Assembly (NCBI GenBank): GCA_965235115.1
Contig: OZ249436.1
Span: 44,020,001-44,084,000, forward strand
Direction: 5' to 3'
Source: Laetmonice hystrix
Lineage: Eukaryota
Length of the DNA stretch: 64,000 nucleotides
The translations under genes and the position numbers were made by a program. Below, in pieces: positions 50,901 to 62,900 of this stretch. The notes beneath the pieces are model-generated. The model ran no database searches. It saw nothing but the letters and a program-made list of their open reading frames with translations, and was not told the DNA's origin. The stretch's first letter is position 1. Each line of letters starts with the position of its first letter.

Positions 50901-53900
50901 TTATAGAGAGAATATGGTAACATACTGACATGTCACATGTAAACAAACATCTTATAGAGAGAATATGGTAACATACTGACATGTCACATGTAAACAAACA
51001 TCTTATAGAGAGAATATGGTAACATACTGATATGTCACATGTAAACAAACATCTTATAGAGAGAATATGGTAACATACTGACATGTCACATGTAAACAAA
51101 CATCTTATAGAGAGAATATGGTAACATACTGACATGTCACATGTAAACAAACATCTTATAGAGAGAATATGGTAACATACTGACATGTCACATGTAAACA
51201 AACATCTTATAGAGAGAATATGGTAACATACTGACATGTCACATGTAAACAAACATCTTATAGAGAGAATATGGTAACATACTGACATGTCACATGTAAA
51301 CAAACATCTTATAGAGAGAATATGGTAACATACTGACATGTCACATGTAAACACACATCTTATAGAGAGAATATGGTAACATACTGACATGTCACATGTA
51401 AACACACATCTTATAGAGAGAATATGGTAACATACTGACATGTCACATGTAAACAAACATCTTATAGAGAGAATATGGTAACATACTGACATGTCACATG
51501 TAAACAAACATATTAATCACCGTGTGGCGAGTTTCACTGACAAAAGAAATCTTAAGAACGATACCATTGCCAAAACTGGAATCGGCGTTGGCTTTGTGAC
51601 TGTGTTAAACAAGTGCATATTGTGAAAGACCACACCACCAGGAGCGACGTCTTTTGGCCAGCGACATCTTTGGCTCAGTAAAAAGCACGACCCTGAATTC
51701 CTCTTCCATGTGAAAACATAATTTACATGAAGGAGACGTTGAAGAGTTGCATTTTGGCAACTTTTATTCTGACTAGATCACGTTACCTTGGTGAGGTTTT
51801 GCAAAGCAATGACGTCATTACGCGCCTCGCCTGTCACGACTCTCTGGCGTTCTAGACTAACATCGCTATCCTCCTTGTAGTTGGCGATTTTGCCCTTTCT
51901 CGGCTCTCTGAAATGTACAGATATTGTTTTGCGTAACATCAACAAGTTCTCCTGAACTGTTCCCCGTGAAAAGACCAAGAAGATCTGTAAGGTCTCACGT
52001 AACAATATCAACAAACACATAGAACTAGGCCTAGTATCTGCATGACACTTATATGGCTTTATAGTAATTAGTAATTTCACATGATATGAAAAGACGAGTC
52101 TTTAATATTTCCCATTATTATTGGCATTTTCACAACAATATTTTAGTGATAACTGCTTTGGCAAGGGTTTACAATATTTTTGGCAAGGGTTTACAATATT
52201 TTACAATATATTTACAATTTCTGAGTAAATTAGTCATGAAGTTTTAGTTTTAAAACAAAAGTGCGCCTCAACATTTGTGGTTTAGGTTGAGTTATTCGCA
52301 TACGGCGGTCGTGCTGTAAGTCTGTGAACAGCCGATACACATGTTCTCTCCTTCTTCAAGAAGAAAGAAATCTCTTGGTCTCTCCTTCTTCAAGAAGAGA
52401 GAAATCTCTTGGTCTCTACTGCTTCAAGAAGAGAGAAATCTCTTGGTCTCTCCTGCTTCAAGAAGAAAGAAATCTCTTGGTCTCTCCTGCTTCAAGAAGA
52501 AAGAAATCTCTTGGTCTCTCCTGCTTCAAGAAGAAAGAAATCTCTTGGTCTCTCCTTCTTCAAGAAGGAAGAAATCTCTTGGTCTCTCCTGCTTCAAGAG
52601 AGAAATCTCTTGGTCTCTCCTGCTTCAAAAAGAGACAAATCTCTTGGTCTGTCCTGCTTCAAGAAGAGAGAAATCTCTTGGTATCTCCTTCTTCAGGAAA
52701 AGAGAAATCCCTTGGTCTCTCCTGCTTCAAGAAGAGAGAAATCTCTTGGTCTCTCCTTCTCCAAGAAGAAAGAAATCTCTTGGTCCCTCCTGCTTCAAGA
52801 AGGAAGAAATCTCTTGGTCCCTCCTGCTTCAAGAAGGAAGAAATCTCTTAGTCTCTCCTGCTTCAAGAAGAGAGAAATCTCTTGGTCTCTCCTTCTTCAA
52901 GAAGAGAGTAATCTCTTGGTCTCTCCTGCTTCAAGAAGAAAAAAATCTCTTGGTCTCTCCTGCTTCAAGAAGAAAGAAATCTCTTAGTCTCTCCTGCTTC
53001 AAGAAGAGAGAAATCTCTTGGTCTCTACTGCTTCAAGAAGAGCGAAATCTCTTGGTCTCTCCTTCTTCAAGAAGAGAGAAATCGCTTGGTCTCTCCTTCT
53101 TCAAGAAGAGAGAAATCTCTTGGTCTCTCCTTCTTTAAGAAGAGAGAAATCTCTTGGTCTCTCCTTCTTCAAGAAGAGCGAAATCTCTTGGTCTCTCCTG
53201 CTTCAAGACCTTCAAGAAGAGAGAAATCTCTTGGTCTCTCCTGCTTCAAGAAGAGAGAAATCTCTTGGTCTCTCCTTCTTCAAGAAGAGAGAAATCTCTT
53301 GGTCTCTCCTGTTTCAAGAAGAGAAAAATCTCTTGGTCTCTCCTTCTTCAAGAAGAGAGAAATCTCTTGGTATCTCTTTCTACAAGAAGCGAGTTTCACC
53401 CAACGCGCCGAGTGGTGCGCGCAATAGGTGAAGAATTCCTTCTTCAAATTGAGACTACCCCTAAACCTAACCTTAACGCTCTATGATTGGCTAATAATCT
53501 ATGGACTTATCTATCTCAGCCCACCACTCGGCACGCTGGGTGAAAACTCTCTCCTTGAAGGAGAGGCCAACAGAATGATTTCTTCTTCGAAGAAGGAGAG
53601 AACATGCGTATAGATCTATCAGGTCCTGTGAAACACTTTTAACACACAAAACTTTGTTACACACACAAAACTTTGTTACACACACAAAACTTTGTTACAC
53701 ACAAAAATAAGAAATTAGTGAGATGTCACAACATAAAGTTAACTTATTCTCTAAAACGGCATGCGATTAACCCGAACTTGAGGAGAACACCCGTGGTTAT
53801 ATTTTGTTCAACATGTCCACACCGCTACAACAATGTCCTTCTATCAGGTCAATGTCAAGGTCAACCACCACTCACAGGCGTAAACTAACGCATGCGCGCT

Positions 53901-56900
53901 GACCCCAAACCGGCAGTGAATGTCATGAGATATTTGTGTACACAAGGAATATCACTTCACATACGTCATGACAACATGCATGAAAACATCGTATTCATAC
54001 TACTGCCACTGTGTATTAGCTAACTATAAATTTGACGAATCTGTTCATGTAACCAGAAAATATGGACACTGGGAGTTCAGTCAGCCATGACGGGACGATT
54101 TACTGAAGACGCGCTTTGTCCACGTTCTCTTGGGAGAGGTCGTTCCCCATGGTAACGCCCCCATGGAAACAGGGAAGGGGTTAAGGTTAGGGGATGGAGA
54201 TCGGGACTAACGGTTATGGGGCAGGGCTAGGGGATGGAGATCGGGACTAGGGGTTAGGGGGCAGGGCTAGGGGATGGAGATCGGGACTAGGGTTAGGGGG
54301 CAGGGCTAGGGGATGGAGATCGGGACTAGGGGTTAGGGGGCAGGGCTAGGGGATGGAGATAGGGACTAGGGGTTATGGGGCAGGGTTAGGGGATGGAGAT
54401 AGGGACTAGGAGTTAGGGGGCAGGGCTAGGGGATGGAGATAGGGACTAGGGGTTATGGGGCAGGGCTAGGGGATGGAGATAGGGACTAGGGGTTAGGGGG
54501 CAGGGTTAGGGGATGGAGATAGGGACTAGGGTTAGGGGGCAGGGTTAGGGAATGGAGATAGGGACTAGGGGTTATGGGGCAGGGTTAGGGGATGGAGATA
54601 GGGACTAGGGGTTATGGGGCAGGGCTAGGGGATGGAGATAGGGACTAGGGGTTATGGGGCAGGGCTAGGGGATGGAGATCGGGACTAGGGGTTAGGGGTA
54701 GGGGTGGAGATAGGGACTAGGGGTTAGGGGGCAGGGCTAGGGAATAGAGATAGGGACTAGGGGTTAGGGGCAGGGCTAGGGGATGGAGATAGGGACTAGG
54801 GGTTATGGGGCAGGGCTAGGGGATGGAGATAGGGACTAGGGGTTATGGGGCAGGGCTAGGAGATGGAGATAGGGACTAGGGTTAGGGGGCAGGGCTAGGG
54901 GATGGAGATCGGGACTAGGGGTTAGGGGGCAGGGCTAGGGGATGGAGATAGGGACTAGGGGTTATGGGGCAGGGCTAGGGGATGGAGATAGGGACTAGGG
55001 GTTAGGGGGCAGGGCTAGGGGATGGAGATAGGGACTAGGGTTAGGGGGCAGGGCTAGGGGATGGAGATAGGGACTAGGGGTTAGGGGGCAGGGCTAGGGG
55101 ATGGAGATCGGGACTAGGGGTTAGGGGGCAGGGCTAGGGGATGGAGATAGGGACTAGGGGTTAGGGGGCAGGGCTAGGGGATGGAGATCGGGACTAGGGG
55201 TTAGGGGGCAGGGCTAGGGGATGGAGATAGGGACTAGGGGTTAGGGGGCAGGGCTAGGGGATGGAGATAGGGACTAGGGGTCAGGGGTTAGGGGATGGAG
55301 ATCGGGACTAGGGGTTAGGGGGCAGGGCTAGGAGATGGAGATGGGGACTAGGGGTTATGGGGCAGGGCTAGAGGATGGAGATCGGGACTAGGGGGCAGGG
55401 GTCAGGGCTAGGGGATGGAGATAAGGACTAGGGTTAGGGGGCAGGGCTAGGGGATGGAGATAGGGACTAGGGTTAGGGGGCAGGGCTAGGGGATGGAGAT
55501 AGGGACTAGGGTTAGGGGGCAGGGCTAGGGGATGGAGATAGGGACTAGGGGGGAGGGGGCAGGGCTAGGAGATAGAGTTCTTTTAGTTCTCCTTGTGCAG
55601 ATGTTACCAATGGGGATTCGCCCTCAATCGAGAGACATCGTACTCTTCTGGTTAAAGTTAATGGCCCATCAGAAACCAACCACGTGCACTATCCTTGTTT
55701 TAGTAATTGGCTATGACTAGGCTAGAGTCACATCAAAGCAAACGCCATAAACATTAGCATTGTACTAACTTATCCTGTCTAGTTAGATGAACAAATTATA
55801 CATGAATATTATCTGTGATCTCATCAGCAATGCCATCCTGAACTCATAACATATACTTTAGAACTATTTTAATCAGACATGCATGGTGTCTTCGTTGAAT
55901 TCTTTGACTTTAATCAACAGAGTAGAAGAGCAAAGGTTTGATGGAAGGCATAATGATCACGAATTGTATTGAGTTATAGAGGGGTCCAGAGGACTAAAGT
56001 ATATTTCTACATGCATAACAGAGGGAGAAATAACCAAGCTTTGCGATTTATATACAACATTCACCAATCTTGATAAAGACATTTTAAAATATTGCTGACA
56101 TTTCTTTTCCCTAGAGCAGGAGCCTTGCTGACTTAGATCACGAAAATAACAAACAGTGTGCATGAACTAGAGGACAACACGCGGCGGAAGGACTTGGAGA
56201 GAATCCTAGCCACAACATCACCCGGAGCACATGCATGCCACATGGTAAAATTATCAAATCCTACCTGTACGGTTCAAGTGACCTGTAAAGTCGACAAAAC
56301 ATTTTTATTACAAGAGCTCAATCACTAGCTCAGGCTGGTAGGTAACTATACTTTCAGAACGATTGTTTTTTTTTATTTATTTTGGGAATGCCGTCAGGTA
56401 CTTGCCACAGTAAGTGATAACGGCTTATGTTTATGGTATACGGCATACGGTTATGGTATACATGATGTTTTCTTGAAAATTAATATCTGTGCTATTTCTC
56501 CTCATAATGCACATGGGTACAACTATCTACAAGCGAGAAGATATATGCAGGAGCTACGATACTACGGTCATATTTGAAAGGGAAGGGGGGGGGGGGCTAT
56601 GGGGACACAAAGGAAGGTGCAGGCCATACGAGAAAAAGGTGCTAGTTAAAGTATAATCCCGAGGTCCCGCTCTCTTACATCGCTTGGCTCTCATTGGTCC
56701 ACGTAGATCAACCAATCAGAAGCGTTAAAACAAGACCTCCTGTTTCGTTTTTATTTTTGAAACGGGCCCTGTGAATGTTCTAGGTGTGACTGTAGCTACC
56801 TTCGAGTCTGACAGCCTCGACTCTCTATGAACAGGACGATTGTAAAGAAGAAAGCGCCTTCGATGCCGAGAGCGATCAGGTGCCAGCCAATCATGTCGAA

Positions 56901-59900
56901 GGTGAACGGATTCTTGTAGTTATCTATACCAAACCGCTGGAATACGTCAGCCACAAACTCGTTGTATGAGAGCTGTACGAGACTGTCTCCCAGAGCGAAC
57001 TGAGGAAACACTAAAAACACCTTGGTCAGGATGAAATGGATCCGCTTCACGTTCTGCAATCAAACACGAAATGGAAACGGATAATAGAAAGTCAACACTG
57101 CATGTTGTGGTCGGTGCTGAGATCAGCATTAAATTAAGTGTGTGGAGTACAATACCCCGGCATGGCGGAGACCTGACAATGGACAACAATATCATTATGT
57201 ACAAGACCCCGTCTGTATTGTTATATATGTACTAACGCCCCACACATTTCCCATACCCTGGCTGACTTTACCCCAGTTTTTATCAGAGAATTTCCCGGCG
57301 GGAATATGTGCAGACGTAGGTGTGACCGATATCTTTGGTTCTATTGTTACTACGAACAACGAGTTCCTTGTAATGTCGGGTGGTGTTCTGGACTTAAGGC
57401 ACTCACAACCCGACGTACTGCCTCTCCTCAAACAAAATTTGTGATCTCCTGTACACACATTACTTCCTTGGCTTTAATCCTATCTGGTCAGTAACCATAA
57501 CTTGGGTGGGCTAGTCATGGCAATGTGCAACTATTAAGGTACAACACAAGACGGTAAAAAAAACAACAAAATTCATAATTTTTTCGTTTTTACAAAAATT
57601 GGTTAAGTGCATCCTTTGTAATATGGGACGTATGTGAGGTAAAAACTGGTTGAGATGGAAACCACCGACCTCTTTCCATACGAAGAGGCTGAGTAGAAAG
57701 GTACAGGATGTGGTGTTGAGACCGACGAACAGATTGAGGGTGAAGACTGCGAGGTATCCGACAGCTACATCAGTGAACAATCTCGTCAATAGATACGTCA
57801 ATGGAACCGTCGCCCAGCTGTCAACATGTCAACATCAACCATCATTATTATCATCTGGGTTTTAGTATAAAAAAAAAAAATATACGCTTTCCTTTTAACC
57901 TCCCCCTCCCTCATCTTTAAAAGTTAATGTTGAGTTAATCCGGGGCCACCAGGTTCGGGCGGCAAGCAATAGAGGGCGCTCACAACTTCCGGTGTTTGGC
58001 TCTCGTGGTCTCCGAGAACAGAGGAAGCAATCATTGATCCAATCATGGACCGAATCACGGTTCCAATCAGAGACCCAATCATGGACCCAATCACGGTTCC
58101 AATCATTGACCAATCATGGTCCCAATCATGGACCGAATCACGGTTCCAATCATTGACCAATCATGGACCGAATCACGGTTCCAATCATTGACCAATCATG
58201 GACCGAATCACGGTTCCAACCATTGACCAATCATGGACCGAATCACGGTTCCAATCATTGACCAATCATGGACCGAATCACGGTTCCAATCATTGACCAA
58301 TCATGGACCGAATCACGGTGCCAATCATTGACCAATCATGGACCGAATCACGGTTCCAATCATTGACCAATCATGGACCGAATCACGGTTCCAATCATTG
58401 ACCAATCATGGACCGAATCACGGTTCCAATCATTGACCTATCATGGACCCAATCACGGTTCCAACCATAGACCCAATCATGGACCGAATCACGGTTCCAA
58501 TCATTGACCAATCATGAATCCAATCACGGTTCCAATCATTGATCCAATCATGAACCTAGTTGTGACCCTTTCAGGCCCAATCAGACTGAGGGGAGAATCT
58601 TACCAAAACAAGAAGAGTACTGAAGCAAAGGCGCCCAGGTTGAGTCTGGCCGTGAAGACCGGAAGTCCAAACGCTGCTGCTATGGCAACGGCCAGTCCCA
58701 CGGTCAAGGCCACGCTCAGCTAAACGAGGCACGAACAAAAGAAGGGGATATATAACATGACACCAACGTCACAAAAGTTAGAAGGAATCATCGTAACTAA
58801 TTAGGCATATAACCGAACCTTGTTGCGGGGTCACAGGGGTACAGAACAGGTAACGCCTTCACTGTGAGGAGATACATAGTTAGCGCTCGGTGGTTCAGGT
58901 CGGGGTAATTAGAGTGTACTCGTGGGGTCATGGTAATCTCGTGAACTCTAAGTGGTCACGCCATCTTGTCATGACAATTACTGTTACATTTTACACGCCA
59001 GCTTGTAACACCTCATCATAACTCTTACAGGAATCTTACCCACGATTCTAGATATTATCTGGTCAGCTTGTAACACCTCATCATAACTCTTACAGGAATC
59101 TTACCCACGATTCTAGATATTATCTGGCAGCTTGTAACACCTCATCATAACTCTTACAGGAATCTTACCCACGATTCTAGATATTATCTGGCCAGCCTTG
59201 TAACACCTCATTATAACTCTTACAGGAATCTTACCCACGATTCTAGATATTATATCTGGCCAGCTTGTAACACCTCATCATAACTCTTACAGGAATCTTA
59301 CCCACGATTCTAGATATTATCTGGCCAGCCTTGTAACACCTCATTATAACTCTTACAGGAATCTTACCCACGATTCTAGATATTATCTGGCCAGCCTTGT
59401 AACACCTCATTATAACTCTTACAGGAATCTTACCCACGATTCTAGATATTATATCTGGCCAGCTTGTAACACCTCATCATAACTCTTACAGGAACCTTAC
59501 CCACGATTCTAGATATTATCTGGCCAGCTTGTAACACCTCATCATAACTCTTACAGGAATCTTACCCACGATTCTAGATATTATCTGGCCAGCTTGTAAC
59601 ACCTCATCATAACTCTTACAGGAATCTTACCCACGATTCTAGATATTATATCTGGCCAGCTTGTAACACCTCATCATAACTCTTACAGGAATCTTACCCA
59701 CGATTCTAGATATTATCTGGCCAGCTTGTAACACCTCATCATAACTCTTACAGGAATCTTACCCACGATTCTAGATATTATCTGGCCAGCTTGTAACACC
59801 TCATTAGAACTCTTACAGGAATCTTACCCACGATTCTAGATATTATATCTGGCCAGCTTGTAACACCTCATCATAACTCTTACAGGAATCTTACCCACGA

Positions 59901-62900
59901 TTCTAGATATTATATCTGGCCAGCTTGTAACACCTCATCATAACTCTTACAGGAATCTTACCCACCATTCTAGATATTATCTGGCCAGCTTGTAACACCT
60001 CATCATAACTCTTACAGGAATCTTACCCACGATTCTAGATATTATCTGGCCAGCTTGTAACACCTCATCATTACTCTTACAGGAATCTTACCCACGATTC
60101 TAGATATTATCTGGCCAGCTTGTAACACCTCATCATAACTCTTACAGGAATCTTACCCACGATTCTAGATATTATATCTGGCCAGCTTGTTACACCTCAT
60201 CATAACTCTTACAGGAATCTTACCCACCATTCTAGATATTATCTGGCCAGCTTGTAACACCTCATCAGAACTCTTACAGGAATCTTACCCACGATTCTAG
60301 ATATTATCTGGCCAGCTTGTAACACCTCATCAGAACTCTTACAGGAATCTTACCCACGATTCTAGATATTATCTGGCCAGCCTTGGCCTTGAACCTTTCA
60401 ATATTATTATGTAGGCCCATTATGTAAAGAGTTATTTAGAGGGTCAGAATAGTCATATAATACATGGGCCCTATCTAGTGCTACACCCCACCTTCGAGAA
60501 ATATAACACAGTACGTCTAGAGTCTAGAATCTACTTAGAGACCCAAAACCTCCAACCCCGCCCCTTCTTATAGCTTGGTTCTCGCCTCCCGTGTAGGTGG
60601 CGCTAGGCGCACACGGTACAAGTAGGTCGCGGGAAAAGGCTAGCCCCTTCTGAGCGTGGCCGACGTTTAGCCCCTATATAAATGGCTTGAAGTCTAATCT
60701 TGGGGGTCAAAGGTCATACCATATCCCAGAGGAGGGTGCTGATCCAGTAGAGAACGGAGCCGACCCCGCAGATGTACTGGAGGTGTTTCTCCTGGCGGGT
60801 CCGTTCCTGGATGACGTAAATAACGAATCCAGCCGGAACGAAGCAGAAGGCACACAGGATGACTATAGCGATTCCTGTGTCTGCGATCCCCTGGAGCCTG
60901 GGCAGGCGGGATGAGAAAAAACAACTTCTTAAGTCAGGGAACAGGGGCTGGTCTAAGGCGGAAACTCCAGCAACAAGTGGAGGCAGTATCAGTCACAAAA
61001 CTCCTGGAAGAAGGGGCGTTTATAATATGTAGGAAGTAAACTCGATGAAGAAGGGTAGAACGAAGATGAAGGCTCTAGGAAACAGCTAGGGTATCTGGAA
61101 GTGTGACCCCTGAAGGACGTAGAATCTAGGAAGGCGTGTACCGGTATTTATGGGACGTAAAGTTTAGACAGAAGGGTAGCGGGAGGACGTAGACTCTAGG
61201 AAGGCGTGTACCGGTATTTATGGGACGTAAAGTTTAGACAGAAGGGTAGCTAGAGGACGTAGACTCTAGGAAGGCGTGTACTGGTATTTATGGGACGTAA
61301 AGTTTAGACAGAAGGGTAGCTGGAGGACGTAGACTCTAGGAAGACATGTACCGGTATTTATGGGACGTAAAGTTTAGACAGAAGGGTAGCTAGAGGACGT
61401 AGACTATAGGAAGGCGTGTACCGGTATTTATGGGACGTAAAGTTTAGACAGAAGGGTAGCCGGAGGACGTAGACTCTAGGAAGACGTGTACCGGTATTTA
61501 TGGGACGTAAAGTTTAGACAGAAGGGTAGCGGGAGGACGTAGACTCTAGGAAGGCGTGTACCGGTATTTATGGGACGTAAAGTTTAGACAGAAGGGTAGC
61601 CGGAGGACGTAGACTCTAGGAAGGCGTGTACCGGTATTTATGGGACGTAAAGTTTAGACAGAAGGGTAGCTAGAGGACGTAGACTCTAGGAAGACGTGTA
61701 CCGGTATTTATGGGACGTAAAGTTTAGACAGAAGGGTAGCCGGAGGACGTAGACTCTAGGAAGGCGTGTACCGGTATTTATGGGACGTAAAGTTTAGACA
61801 GAAGGGTAGCGGGAGGACGTAAAGTTTAGACAGAAGGGTAGCTGGAGGACGTAGACTATAGGAAGGCGTGTACCAGTATTTAGGGACGTAAAGTTTAGAC
61901 AGAAGGGTAGCGGGAGGACGTAAAGTTTAGACAGAAGGGTAGCTGGGGGACGTAGACTGTAGGAAGGCGTGTACCGGTATTCCTATCAGACGTAAACTGT
62001 AGAGATGGGTCTATATACATGGGACGTAAAGCTGTTTAGCTGTTTCAAATAATGAACGTAGTATTATATACTATGCGGCCTAGTTGTAGCTGCGCCCACA
62101 ATTCATTTTTCGGGAACTATTTTCTGTGCGGATGTACACAACAGCGCGGGCCAACACGACGTTCAACGTATATACTAGTCCTTTAAGAAACCTCAAAGTT
62201 GTCACTGTTACAGTAACGGAATGTTGTCAACATTTTGAAAGGGGAGGGCCACCCCGCCCCCAAGTCCTGCAGTGGGGGTGCGGTGGGGGTGCAGTGGGGG
62301 TGCGGTGGGGGTGCGGTGGGGGTGCAGTGGGGGTGCGGTGGGGGTGCGGGGCGGGGGGAGATGAACTTACAATGTAAAGCGGCCGAGCTGGTCGCGAGTT
62401 GCGTTGAGAGGGTGGCTGTACAGGGTGATTCCGTACTCGCTGGCCTGACGCCCGGGCTCATCTTCCACATTGGCCCTGAGGATCATGTTATTAAGTGCGT
62501 TATAGTAGGCGGGCAAGGCGTGGTGTCCTTTATTGTTGAACCACACGGTGGCCGTAGGGGTTCCTTCCTCAGACGAGAACGTCCACCCACCAAACCTGAG
62601 AAAAATAACACGTGAGGGTCAGCGTAAACTGGGAGGACAGCCAAGAACCTGAGGTGATCACTGGCCTTGCTATGGGACACGTGGCCAGGTGCCACAGTAG
62701 GTATTGTAGGTGTGACTTTAGATTTGGCATTGAGATTCGGGTTTTACGCCTCCTCCACTACAGCTAGGGTGGTAATATTAGTGGCGCCCCAAATTTTCTA
62801 AACTCTTACCTATTTTCTATATTTCATGCATAAAAATAATGGAATTTCGTTGAAAGATTTGGAAGAAATTTCTACTCTATATCTTCAGAAAACACGTCTC

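Noticed and set aside
50830-53486. Repeat ORFs (225 aa; 175-265 aa)
   Set aside because: 51-bp and 34-bp intronic arrays; not coding.
54178-55570. Interstitial telomere
   Set aside because: TTAGGG occurs only singly inside a 40-bp unit, not as tandem hexamers.
323-62350. Regular repeat arrays as CRISPR
   Set aside because: Units are head-to-tail with no unique spacers, there are no cas genes, and the DNA is eukaryotic.
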